Shown piece by piece: positions 11,466 to 24,278 of a stretch of 64,000 bases of DNA. Source of the stretch: Phaeosaccion multiseriatum (Eukaryota > Protista > Ochrophyta, other classes). The notes beneath the pieces are model-generated. The model was given only the letters and a program-made list of their open reading frames with translations. It was not told the origin of the DNA and did not search any database. Positions within the stretch are counted from its first letter, which is position 1. Each line of letters begins with the position of its first letter. The translations under genes were made by a program, and so were the position numbers. The DNA lies in NCBI GenBank assembly GCA_965112735.1, contig OZ218950.1, positions 2,790,001 through 2,854,000 on the forward strand, written 5' to 3'.

Positions 11466-11902
11466 GTCCTATGGATGTGACACACAACACATCTCCAACT
11501 TGCGCCCCTGTTCACGACATGTAGGGAGCTCTGGAGCTTATCGACATCGATCTACGATATCGAATCGAGATATCGAGCTCAGTTTTATACACTGAAACTG
11601 AAACAGTAGCGCAGCCACAAGTCTGCCCCCCACCTCCCCCCCACCCGCTAAGGAGAATCGTAGCACGCACTGACTCCTGCCTCCTGACTTAGGCGGACTG
11701 CTATGATAGGTAGACTGGTGCGTAGCTCAAGGGACCTTAAGAGAGGCCCACACTAACTCGCCGAGGAAAGATGCTGACTTGGGAGGCAGACAGGTCAGTC
11801 GGTCAGTCAGTGAGCCAGTCAGTCAGTCAGCCGGTCCGTCAGTCAGTCAGTCAGTCAGTCAGTCAGTCAGCCAGTCAGTCAGTCAGTCAGTCAGTCAGTC
11901 AG

Positions 11903-14900
11903 TCAAGGGAGGCCCGCCAAAAGGCCGACGCTCCCCACCGCCAACGAGGTTAAGATGAGCGCCACGGTGCGCAGCGTCTTTCCTGTGGCAATCCCTTCCA
12001 GAGGCTTGTCAGTGAGGACGGCGGTCTTGAGTGCAGTGAGGAAGTTGATGGGTTTGAAGGAGTAGTCGCAGTGAGTGAAGCGCCCTCGGGGGTCGCCGCA
12101 CGAGTTGACGAGGCTGCACGTAGTGCCTTCGAGCATGTGGCACGAGTTTTGGATAGCCATGTTGCTGGCGGGGCACTTGATGTTTTGGATCATGCCAACC
12201 TGGAGGGACGGGGACGGGGAGGGGGAGGTGGAGGGGAATGGGGGGGGGGTGGCAGTGGGTTGGTGGCAGTGGATGGCAGAGCAGGCACCCTCCACCACCC
12301 CACCCCACTATCTTCCTCAGTCTCCAGACAAAGTTGGCCCCATCCACTTCCGAGGAATGCCAAGGAGGTCTGTGAGCACGTCGACATCGCTTCTCGATAT
12401 TGGGCAACTGAAACCCTCGCACGCACGCACGCACGCACGCACGCACCTGCACGTCGAATTTGGGCACAATGTCATTCTCGGGCAGCACGGAAACGCTCTC
12501 GTGTAACAGATACTCAGCTTCAATGGCACAGCCCCCTACACCACGGAACTTTCGGTGGCTCTGGCCGATGCCGGGGGGGCTGAAGGCCACGCCTGGGGGA
12601 GGGAGGGAGGGGGACGAGAAGGAGGGAGGAGGGGGGGGAAGCGCAGTCAGTACCTGGGGAAGCAAGGGGGAGGGGGTGGGGGAGGACAGACGCTTACTGA
12701 CTTACTGACTTACTGACTTGCTGACTTCCTCACTTACTTGACTTTCCCTCGAGAGCGGCCACGATGTGAGCAAGCCCTCCCCCCAAGCTGTGGCCAGTCA
12801 GCACCACTTCTCGGTCTTTGATGGAGCGGACGTGGTCGACGATGGAGCGGTAGTAAATGTTGGCGTTGGACACTCCGAAGAGCCTTAGCGTATTGTGCAG
12901 CCACTCGATGACAAATGCCCCCACATCGGGTGGCCACAGAGCCATGGTGGGGAAGAGGAGCCCCATCGCCGAGAAGAGCTGAAGGAGGAGGAGGGAGGAG
13001 GAGGAAGGAATATGGGCAAGACAAAAGGACGTTACAGGACAGCAGGAAAGGTGTCAGACAGTGGGGCATTCATACCGAGCGTATGGTCTCGGTATTCATT
13101 CGGGTGCGTGAGGTGAGTGCGAACTATGGGCATGCGTGCACGGTGGAAGACATTGGAAGGTGGTGGGAACACACAGGGGGCATGTCAGAGAGAGGGCAGG
13201 ACCAAGAGGGCATCACAGAAGGGCAGGAGAGAAAGGGTAACCCAACTGTGCCAGGGTAAGATCCAAGACAAAGGGAGTCAATGGGCCACCGGTTGGTTCA
13301 GCTTCAGATTCAGCTTCCCTCTCTGGAAGTGGCAGAGCCCACACACGCCTCTCTGTATGAAACAAAACCATACATGTAAACGGGAGAGTGATACAGCTAT
13401 AGGAGCGGTATGTATCGGTCGACTCCTTACAGCTGTCCCCTCACTACCGATGAGACTCACTCACTCACCATGGTCTCCATCACTACCGATGAGACTCACT
13501 CACTCACCATGGTCTCCATCACTACCGATGAGACTCACTCACTCACTCACCATGGTCTCCATCCAGGTGACCCAGTCCTCAAGGAAGTCTCCCACCTGGC
13601 CGGGATCCGTCCCTCGAATAGCCACCACACTCGTGTTGAGCTGTGGACTGTACACTTCGATGAACTTGGCCTGAACAGACAGAGATGAGGCGATGACTAA
13701 AGCTAAGTCAATGAAAAGAGAAAAGGCATACTGGCTGGTGTCGTATGGGTAGGGTGGAATCAACTGAAAATGGAAACTGGAACTGGGGAGGCACCCGTGC
13801 GTGTGCTTGCTTCCATGGAACCATGTATGCACATACACATACAATAAACAAGACTGAAGACCAAAGGGACAAGACACACGCACGCACCCACGCACGCCCT
13901 CACCTGCGGCCTCACCACGACGTGGGGCATGACGTGGCGCGCCGCTCTGATGTTAACGTCCAGGTCAGCATCACCACCATCAGTAGCAGCACCCTGATGG
14001 TCAAGATCATGGGCATCATTGGCGTTGTGCTCCTGCTCTGCTAAGATTTCCTCCTTCATAATCCTCGCCTTCTCCCTGCGCTGCTGCCCCAGCGGGCTGT
14101 GATGGCGCGATAGGAGAGAGGATGAGAAGAGAGGAGGGGAGAGGAGAGGAGAGGAGAGGAGAGGAGGGGAGAGGAGGGGAGGGGAGAGGACAGGAAGAAG
14201 AGGGGAGGGGAGGGTAGAGGAGAGACGATGTACACGAAAGAGACGCAAAGGAGGGAGGGAGGCGCAGACATTCATCATCCTTGCGATACTTTGAATATAC
14301 TACACCATCAAACAGTTGGTCGTCAGGCTCAAGTCCTCGAAACAACTCTTCTTGGAAGGAGAGAGGGAGGGAAGAAGGGAGGGAGCTAGGGAGGGAGGGG
14401 AGGGAGCGAGCAAGGGAGGGAGCCAGGGAGGGAGGGAGGGAGGGAGGGAGGGGAAGGAGCAAGGGAGGGAGGGAGGGAGGGAGGGAGGGACAAGGCGAAC
14501 GTACGTAGGCTGTAGGGTGAAGGTGACTCCGCCACCCTCTGCCCCGGGTGGGAAGAGCGTGTCAAGTATGGCCTGGGAGTCCACCCCATCCTTCTCCAAG
14601 TCAATGTAGGCCAGCTCCGATAGGAGAGAGTAGTCCACAAGAGAAAGACCGTGCCAGCTCATACCGCAGGAGGCGTAGCGAGGAATTTGCACTACAGACT
14701 TGCCCCCCACCTGCCAGGGAGTGGTGTGTGTGTGTGGGAGAGAGAGAGAGGGGGGGGGGGGGGGTGTTGATGTTTGTGTGTGTTTCGTGTGCGAGAAGGA
14801 GAGAGGGAAGAGGAAGAGCAGATGCACAGAACGGGAGTGTGGTGTTTCAAAGGTGAGCTCGCTGGTCCCAACAGAGAGTACTCTGCACTATGGCCAATGC

Positions 14901-15286
14901 TCATCACCTGATCCCGCCCAATATACGCCTCTCTCTCACTCTCTCTCCTCCCTCTCCTCCCTCTCCTCTCTCTCGCCCTCCCTCTCGCCCTCTCTCTCTA
15001 TCCCCCCTCTCTCTCACCCCTCTTTCTCTCGCCTCTCTTTCTCACCTTCTCTCTCTCCCTCTTCTCTTTCTCTCTCACTCCCCCCTCTCTCTCTCCCTCT
15101 TCTCTTTGTTTCTCACTCCCCCCTCTCTCTCTCCCTCTCTCTCTCCAATCAATGCCCACGCACGCACACACACGCACCTGCAGCCTGGCGATGGACACAG
15201 AGGCGTTGTCAATGAAGATAGCGGTGCCATCACCGTCTTCGGCCTTGTAAATGGACATGAAGGACGGGTACCACCCCACCGCATCC

Positions 15287-15325
<39 letters not shown>

Positions 15326-18139
15326 AAGAAAGAGACAGGCAAGAGAAGGGGGAAGAGGGCAGAGGGGAAAGGGAAGAGAGAGGGAAGAAGGAAGGGCCAC
15401 AGGGAGAGAGAGGGGAAAGAGAAGGGGGAAGAGGGAAGAGGGATGACGGAAGAGAGAGAGAGAGAGAGAGAGAGAGAAGGAGAGAAGAGAGGACTGAGGA
15501 CGAGCTCAGGGACTTTGCCCACCCATATACCTTGCCCATCCATACACCTCTTGCCCGCCCATAAAACACCTTGCCCCGCCCATACACCTTTGCCTGCCCG
15601 CACACCTTTGCCCACCCAAACACCCTTGCCCACCCATATACCTTTACCCACCCATACACCTTTGCCTGCCCATACACCTTTACCCACCCATACACCTTTG
15701 CCCACCCGCACACCTTTGCCCACCCACACACCTTTGCCCACCCGCACGCCTTTGCCCACCCATACACCTTTGCCTGCCCATGTACCTTTACCCACCCATA
15801 CACCTTTGCCCACCCATATACCTTTACCCACCCACACACCTTTGCCCACCCGCACACCTTTGCCCACCCACACACCTTTGCCCACCCGCACGCCTTTGCC
15901 CACCCATACACCTTTGCCTGCCCATGTACCTTTACCCACCCATACACCTTTGCCCACCCATATACCTTTACCCACCCACACACCTTTGCCCACCCATATA
16001 CCTTTACCCACCCACACACCTTTGCCCACCCATATACCTTTACCCACCCACACACCTTTGCCCACCCATATACCTTTACCCACCCACACACCTTTGCCCA
16101 CCCATATACCTTACCTGTAGATGTGACATGACGCCGAAAGCCAACACGCACAGAGTCAGCACGACAGCGAGTGACAGTAGTATCCGCTTGCCCCCCTTGA
16201 AGAACCAGGACATGCTTGCTGCGATCTCTTCTCTGCGGGCCTCTGCCTCTTGCTCGGCTGGAGAGAGAGAGGGTCGGCTGTGCTTGTCTGCTGAGGGAAA
16301 CGGTAGAGAGGCACCGCGGAGAGGGAGGGAGATGGGATGGATGGATGGAAGGATAGATGGATGGATAGATAGATGGATGGATGGATGGATGGGTAGATGG
16401 AAGGATGGATGGAAGGATGGATGGATGGATCGATGGATGGATGGATGGATAGATAGATGGATGGATAGGTAGATGGAAGGATGGATGGAAGGATGGATGG
16501 ATGGATGGATAGATAAATGGATGGATGGATGGATGGATGGATGGATAGATGGATGAATGGATGGATAGATGGGTGGATGGATGGAAAGATTGATGGATGG
16601 ATGGATGGATAGATGGATGAATGGATGGATGGATAGATGGGTGGATGGATAGATGGGTGGATGGATGGATAGATTGATGGATGGATAGATAGATGGATGG
16701 ATGGATAGATAGATAGATAGGTGGATGGATAGATAGGTAGATGGATGGATAGATAGATAGGTGGATGGATGGATGGATAGGTGGATGTGTGGATGGATAG
16801 ATAGGTGGATGGACGGATGGATGGATAGGTGGATGGATGGAGAGATAGATAGGTGGATGGATGGATAGATAGGTAGATCGGTTAGACAGACAGTCCCACC
16901 GGTTCGCGCGCTCGAGGGAGGGAGAAGGAAGAGAGATAGAGAGATAGAGACAGAGCGAGCGAGAGAGAGAGAGCTGCCAGGAGCCAAGCAGGTAATGTAA
17001 TCCAGCCCTCCTCCCTTACCTTTGCGGGCGGATGCGTCTATGTGCCACCAGTCCGATGCGATGGAGCTGCTCGCAATGCGCGCTACCATGTGATCAACAA
17101 TGGTACTGATGTCAGCATGGCTGAGTGCGTGGCTGAAGAAGAGGCGGGTGCTGTTCCTATGGTTGCTGTTGCTGCTACTGTCTTCCCCTCCTCCCCCTCC
17201 TCCTCCTCCTCCTCCTCCTCCTCCTCCTCCTCCTCCCCACTTTTCCTCCCCATGGTTGGTGCTGTTGGTGCTGCTGCTGCTGCTGCTGCTGTCCCTATTG
17301 CTGTTAGCGGTGCTGCTGCGGTTGTTGCGGTTATTGTCGTTGTCCTTGCCAACGTCAACGTCGCTATAATTCTCATTGTTGTTGCCGGCAGCCCCTACTC
17401 CCCTGATGCTGCTGCTCCTACCGCTGCCGCCGTCGCCACTGCCACCCCAACTGCCACTCCCACTGACGCCGCCAGTGCTGCTGCCCTCTTGCCTCTCAGC
17501 CTTCTCCCTCGCGATACCCGAGCCCCATCCCCCACCCTGACCGCTTCTTCTCCTCTTTCCCCCGTGGTGAGTCTCGTCCCCCCCCCCAAGGCCCATGCTC
17601 AAGCCGCTATCTTTAAACGCGTCGTGAAAGGCTTCGTGCACCGCCGCATACGCAACGTCAAAGAGCGTCGTTCTGCTTCTCTCTGTGCTCCTCTCTGTGC
17701 TGTTCTCGCTCATCTCCCTCAAGTCAGCGCTTTCCCTCCTTGGCCCCGCCTGTTGGTCCTCCTCCTGAGGGGGGGTCACAGAAGCCACGGAGGGGGGATG
17801 GGTACAACAGCAGGCGAGGCGGCGCAGAGAGAGAGAGGGGCCTGCTATGTCAGTGAAAGCTACCCACCTACCCACCTATCTACCTATACACTTCCTACCC
17901 TGCTTCTTCTGCACTTACAAGAGAGACCAGCCATGTGTGATACTCTACTGTGCTCTGCTTGTGTTGTACTCACGTCGTCACCAACTGTGAAGGCCTTGGT
18001 GAGTCTTGAGAAGATGTGCAGGAAGATGATGACCCCGGTCACAGGGCCCCCAAACGTGCTCAGCCGCATTACCAGAGTTGAGCACAGCACCGTCAACGGC
18101 GCCCCCACTAGCACCAGCCCCCTTCATACACAGAGAGAC

Positions 18140-18171
<32 letters not shown>

Positions 18172-18451
18172 GGACAGAGAGACAGACAGATAGATAGATA
18201 GATAGATAGATAGACAGATGGACAGAGAGACAGATAGATAGATAGATAGATAGACAGATGGACAGAGAGACAGAGAGACAGACAGACAGATAGATAGATA
18301 GATAGATAGATAGACAGATGGACAGAGAGACAGACAGATAGATAGATAGATAGACAGATGGACAGAGAGACAGATAGATAGATAGATAGATAGATAGACA
18401 GAGAGACAGATAGATAGATAGATAGATAGATAGACAGATGGACAGAGAAAC

Positions 18452-18483
<32 letters not shown>

Positions 18484-18574
18484 GGACAGAGAGACAGATA
18501 GATAGACAGATAGACAGATGGACAGAGAGACAGCCAGACAGAGGCAGGCAGAGAGACAGGCAGGCAGACAGACG

Positions 18575-18605
<31 letters not shown>

Positions 18606-19949
18606 AGCAAGAGACAGACAGCCAGACGGACAGACAGACAGACAGACAGAGAGACAGAGAGACAGACAGACAGAACACAGACAGACAGATAGATAGACAG
18701 ATAGACAGACAGACACACAGACAGACAGACAAGACACAGAAAGACAGACAGAGACAGATGAGTGGGAGGCAGCAAAGGCAAGGCGAGAATATGTTAGCGA
18801 GAATATGTTAGCGAGTGTTACCCTGTACGAAGAGAGCTCTCTTCTACGCTATGGTACCTAACCTGCTCCTTCCATCTAGCCTCACACACCTGCCCTACCC
18901 ATTCTCACCTGGTCATGAAGGCTTGGCACCTTAGGCACACATACATGAAGAAGTACATGATGGGCAGACTCACGGCAAGGGCAGTGGTGTCTACAAGCGC
19001 CGCCAGCAGGCCCTTGGAGGGAAGAACCGTCACCCACAGGAATACCAGAGCTGGGGCACGGCAGGAGGCAAGGAGCGCACCAAAGGAGGGCAGGAGGGGA
19101 GGACAGGGCAAGACAGGAGGGGAGGACAGGGCAAGACAGGAGGGACGGGTGGGTGCAAGGGCGAGAGGCGAGGGGTGAGGGTCCAGGTGCAGTAAGTAAG
19201 TAAGTAAGTAAGTAAGTAAGCAGAAAGTACGCGTACTTATTCAACATCATTCGTCTTCCTGGGAGGGACACTTCCCTCTTCCCTCGCTCCCCCCCTCCTT
19301 CCGTCCCTCCCTCCCTCCCTCCCTCCCTTCCTTCCTTCCTCTCTCACCAAAGCAGGTCAGACAGCTGGCCTGGAGGAGCTGTAAGTGCGTGCGTATGGTC
19401 TCATCGCTGGCGTGAGGTGCGACATTATACTTGGCCAACAGCACGGCGACTGCGAAGACCCACGCCGTCCACAACGGCACGAGAAGCAGGTCGTACTGCC
19501 TCCCCCCCAAGCCGCCGGGTCCGTAGCCCAGGAGGGTTGCTCCGAACATTACGCAGACGCGGCGAAGGAACCACGCCTTCGAGTGTGTGTGTGGGCGTGT
19601 GTGTGAGCGTGTGTGCGTGTGTGTGTGTGTGTGCGCGTCGCGGGTGCGTGCCCACATCATGGCATGTGTACAGGGGGTAGTGGTGTTAATGGCTCGTCAT
19701 TTGAAATGGAAAGGAAAGGAGGGCAAACAAGACGAGAGAGCGAAGGGAGAAAAGCCACACCAACTGGAAGGGACAAGGGAGAGAAAGAGAGCCGCCTTCA
19801 CCCCCTTCAGGCCTGCTTCAGGCTTGCTTACCGCGGTAGCTGCGCTGTTTCCCATGAGCCAAAAGTGCAGCACGAGGCGCTGCCGCAGGGAGGTCCTCAC
19901 CAGTGTCTTGCGCCAGCTGTGAGTGGGAATGGGTAGCAGGAGAGAGGGA

Positions 19950-19988
<39 letters not shown>

Positions 19989-21442
19989 GGGATAGATAGA
20001 CAGTCAGTCAGTCGGGCACGACAGACGCACTCGACAACACCCCGCCTACACCAACACCACCTTCCCTCCCCTTCCCTCCACTCAGACCCTGGCCGCGGGT
20101 CCTGTGGCTAATTGTTGTCCGCGTATCAAGCATCCCCCCCTCCACCCATCATGTATCACACAGTACTTATTCACAGGTCCCGCACGCACGTTGGGAAGTG
20201 TACCACCAACGCCTGCAGACACTGCAACAGGCCCACGAGCAGCATCATGAGAAACACCCTGCGCGGCGCCTCGTACGGGTTCGACAGGTACATGAGCGGC
20301 GTGCGTGTGCAGAGAGCGTGGTGGAGCACGGACACGCTGCCCATCGTTTCAGGCGACTCGAAGCGTCCTTCCCACTCCTCCCAGCCCTAGCGTTTAGTAG
20401 TGTGGAGGAGGAGAGGGAGGTGAGGTGTGTGGTGCGAGGGGGTGAACTTGGCGCACACAAAGGAAGCACGATGCTTATGATCATTCATCGAAGCAGTCAA
20501 GAGGGAAGGACCCGAGCGCCTTGACAGAGCGGGTTGTTTTGGTTGCTCAGCCCTGGTCCAAGCGGCAGTAGCAGCTCTTGTCTTACCCATTGCTGCGGCT
20601 GAGGCCGGGTGCCAAAGTTCGCTTTGTAGACTTCAATCTCTCCGTCGAAGGGCTGGCATATCGCCGGCATGAGGCACAGCAGCAGAGAGCCCACGAGCTG
20701 GGGCACGAAGGTGAGCGGAAACAGGTACTTCAACTGTTGTGGGGAGGTACAGGACGGAGGGGAGGAGGTGCAAGCGGAGTCAGAAAGCCGTGGCAACACA
20801 CGGACTGAGGCGGGCGCCATGTGTGTATAATGGAGGATAGCGCCCCTTACCCCACAGACTCACTGACCACCTCCCACAATTGTCACTCACGCGCTTGACG
20901 CCTTGGGCTAAGACCTTCCTGGCCTCTGGGAAGTCGTCGAGATTGCCCCACGCCAGCTGCCCGAGGTCCAGGCAGAGCGACGACAGCGGTCGCAGCGTGC
21001 CGTACATGGCGTAGATTGAGGCCATGGGCCCAAGTAGTCGACCTACGTTGAATTCCGTCACGTCTACTAGGTGGAAGGCGTGGGTGGCTACCAGCGCAGA
21101 TAGGTCTAGGGTGAAGCTCGTACAGGCGTTGATGAGGACGCAGTAGAGGATACCAACGAGCTGAAGCAGCATATACATGAAGACTAACTGCATACAGCGC
21201 CTGCCGGAGGGCGAGTTTTTAAGTATCAAGCTGGGCAGTAAGAAGAGGAACAGTCGCGCGACTCCTTCACAGAAGTAGAGAGGCTTTATCCGATGCAACG
21301 TGAGATAGCTCGAGTCCTCGTCGTCGCCGGCAGAGCTTTCTTCCGTCTCTGTCTCCGTATCCTCCACTCCAGCCGTCATGGTTCCCGTGGATGACGTTAG
21401 CGGTGCAGCTTCTGCTGCTGGTGTTGCTTCTGTCTCAGCCAT
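11903..21442 (-). CDS. Multi-pass membrane protein with C-terminal class-3 lipase (alpha/beta hydrolase) domain, many exons
   Basis: [23 protein letters not shown] (GxSxG), [15 protein letters not shown] and a late His (NSCHM). Upstream exons encode several hydrophobic helices; ATG at 21442. Joining all exons into one gene is inferred. Confidence 0.75.
13441..13561. repeat. 39-bp tandem triplication spanning a 5' splice site
   Basis: tcactaccgatgagactcactcactcaccatggtctcca x3. Confidence 0.9.
15518..16112. repeat. Intronic 18-bp minisatellite, ~30 copies
   Basis: Unit approximately cccacccatatacctttg, with variants. Confidence 0.95.
16336..16878. repeat. (GGAT/AGAT)n microsatellite, intronic
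   Basis: Seen directly. Confidence 0.95.
18131..18760. repeat. (GATA/GACA)n compound microsatellite, intronic
   Basis: GATA runs recurrently interrupted by gatggacagagagacag. Confidence 0.95.
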
Positions 21443-21596
21443 CTTGATCTTTTGCGTTGACACCCGCCCCCCCCCTTGTTTATGACGTTTCTGTGATTGC
21501 GCGTTGGTGCTTCGACGACCTGCATCCGTCGAACATAAGGGTGTAATATACACAAGCATCCGTCGAACACCAACACAGCAGTTGCAGGCAGCTAGC

Positions 21597-21871
21597 ATGC
21601 TCCTCTACCGGGCTGCATTCGCACTCGCAGGAGGAGCAGGCCAGGCTCGAGTGGGGCGAAGAAGCCTCTCAACGATGGCGGATCTGACGGACAAAGAGCA
21701 GCTGCAGGTGAGTGAAACATGAGAGCCTCACCCACGACTACACCACTCTGATTCCTCCGTCTCCCACCCTCCCAGAGCTTGATCAAGTCAACGCCTCTAC
21801 TCGTCTTCAGTAAGGTTAGTTGATGCAGCCCAAGGCATGCCGTCTCTTCTTCCACACCTACTCCTCTCTTT

Positions 21872-21909
<38 letters not shown>

Positions 21910-21919
21910 CCTCTCTCTC

Positions 21920-21962
<43 letters not shown>

Positions 21963-22740
21963 CTCTCTCTCTGTACTCTGTCCTTCTCTCTCTCCTCTCC
22001 CCATCTCCCTCCCACTCTTTCCTCTTTCCTTCTCTCTCTCTTCTACTCTATGCTTTCTCTCTCCCTCTCTTCACTCTTTCGATCTCTCTTGTCTGTCTCT
22101 ACTATCCCTCTCTCTGTTCTGTCGTCTCTCTCTTTCTCGCTCTCCCTCCCTCCCTCCTCTCTCTCTCTCTCTCTCTCTCCGATATCCACAAGACGACTTG
22201 CGGCTTTTGTGCCCGTCTGAATCAGGCCCTGCAGACGCTCCAAACGGATCCTGCACCGCACATTGTCCAACTCAATCAGCTGCAAGGCGGGAGTAAAGTT
22301 CAGGTGCGCGCGAAGGACGGAAGAGACCTCGATAAGTGGTGCCAATGCGACGTTCCGCTCTCATGAAGATGAACAAGCTTTCCTCTTTCCTCGCTCTTCG
22401 GTCTTCCATTCTTCGCTTTTCGCCCTTGCCCTCTTCGCTCTTTCACCCCCCCAGTTTTCGCTCCTCGCTCCTTGCTCTTCGCTCTTTCACTCTTGGCTCT
22501 TGACTTCTCTCGGGCTCTTCTGCTCTTCGCCCCTCGCCCTTTCCGTTGCCCCCACTATTCAACAAGGCACACCTCGCGGCCCTGACGAATCAGCGCACTG
22601 TACCGAGCTTGTTCGTTGGCTCCAAGCACGTGGGGGGCTGCTCCGACGCAATGGCGCTGCTTGCCACGGGAAAGCTTCAGAGCATGCTGGTGGAGGCGGG
22701 GGTCAGCGTTGGCCACGACCCTTCCCAAAGTAAACTGTGA
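21597..22740 (+). CDS. Dithiol glutaredoxin (CGFC), probable mitochondrial presequence; 4 exons
   Basis: Spliced: LLVFSK-TTCGFC...NQRTVPSLFVGSKHVGGCSD...GKL. The N-terminus MLLYRAAFALAGGAGQARVGRRSLST is Arg-rich and lacks acidic residues. Confidence 0.88.
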
Positions 22741-23510
22741 AGTGGATCAGAGGCTTAGGGACAGAGGGAGGGAGGGAGGGAGATGATGTCAGCATCTCTC
22801 CCGCTACAAGGCAAGCCGAGCCTGTGGTGCCTAAAAGGCGGGCTGCTGATGCCCCATCTCGAATCACTGGCCCACGGATGATCGGCATGCCGGCTTCGGA
22901 CTGTACTCAGACGTGAACACGATACGATCTCGGCGCACCCAACGAAGTCACAAGGCTCGAGGATGATAGACCATGCGATTGCATTGCTCGAAGGAACAGA
23001 TCTCCGACGTTCTGAGTGCCCGCCACGAGAAGGCGACGCAACCAAAACCGTCCTCCGTTGGTTCTTTCGTCCTCTGGGGGCGTAGCCTTGAAGGGAACCT
23101 TAGTTGTCCCTAGGCTGTCCTCATCCTCCAGGCCGGACTTGCACGCTAGATCCACAATCAAAGGTAATGGGAGGAGAGTTTTTCTCCCCTTCGATACTTG
23201 ATACTAAGTACTTTCATTTCATAGTTTAGGGGGTGAGGGACGCTCTTGGCGCCACACACCCACGCTGCAACCCTGCCCTCTTAACATCTGAACCTCTAGA
23301 TCTAGATTCACAAGTCGCCTTCGCCAGCTTCAACTCGACAACTCTGGGGGGTGGGGGAGAAGTGCTACTGCCGTGATCACGAGCTAGCACAGAACCTGCG
23401 CTTCATCCTTCATCCTCCGAAGCAGGTGCTCAAACATCATTCGTGCGCTGAAGGTGGCGAGAGTACTCGGCGGTCTCGAGCCAGCCTTCGACCCAGACCG
23501 AGACGGGCAG

Positions 23511-23860
23511 TCGGCTCCTGACATGCTTCTGAGACAGGCCGGCCCAGAAGCAGGAAGCAGGCCGGCTGACGCCGGCCAGAAGCAGGAACCAGCCTTGGCC
23601 CTCATCATTGCCTTTTATTACATGGCTTTCCCCCAGAACCTGCCTGGAACCCCCCAGAGAAGCAGGAAGCATGTCAGGGGCCGAACCAGAATCCCAAATC
23701 CTGTTTCCCTGACTTACCATTACGACGATGACGTCATTTCGCGCACCGCCCAGAATCCGAAATCCGCCGTACAGAGGCCACCAGAATCCGGAGTCCGCCC
23801 TGCAGAGGCCATCAGAATCCGGAATCCCCTTTGCCTCAGAATCCCGTCAGGGGCCGAAGA
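23511..23860. repeat. Structured repeat: 19-bp inverted repeat plus degenerate 31-bp tandem (CAGAATCC core); possible non-autonomous TE relic
   Basis: tcggctcctgacatgcttc (23511-23529) pairs with gaagcatgtcaggggccga (23666-23684) at 18/19. CAGAATCC occurs at ~23687, 23751, 23782, 23813 and 23837. Confidence 0.5.
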
Positions 23861-24278
23861 CAACATAGACAAGAGAGCCGAAGCCCCTCCCCTCCACGCC
23901 CATCCACTCCGCTCCACCCGCCCGACCCCACCCCCACTCCACTCCACCCTACCCCACCTCCACTCCATAAAAAGACGAAAGTACTGAAAGAGGGTGGTTG
24001 CTGTGTGTTGTAGGGGGGGGGGGGGGGGGTGAGGAAAGGGTGAGAGGATGTGAGGGTCGTCGTATTATCTATTGGGGGGGGGGGGCAGCAAGCGTAAACT
24101 GAAATGAGCCCATGGACTCGATGGACTTGGTGAGGAAAAGCAACATCACACAAAAATAAATACGCACACAGAGAGAGTGGGGGAGGGTAGGAGTGGGAGA
24201 GGGAGAAAAACTCTGAACGAGGAGAGAGCGAGGGGAGAGCGAGGTGTTGGTTGTTGAACACGCCCAAAGATTTAAAGG

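Noticed and set aside
14998-16472. Long ORFs with WVGKGV / HPYTFA / PLPTHT repeats
   Set aside because: The stop-free 18-bp minisatellite is open in most frames and lies inside a GT-AG intron of the lipase gene.
17978-18811. SIYL/TDRQ repeat ORFs
   Set aside because: GATA/GACA microsatellite translation.
22755-23400. Possible TE coding relic
   Set aside because: No transposase or reverse transcriptase motif recognised in the frames examined.
23680-23860. CRISPR-like or iteron array
   Set aside because: Units are degenerate tandem copies with related spacers; no cas genes; eukaryotic context.
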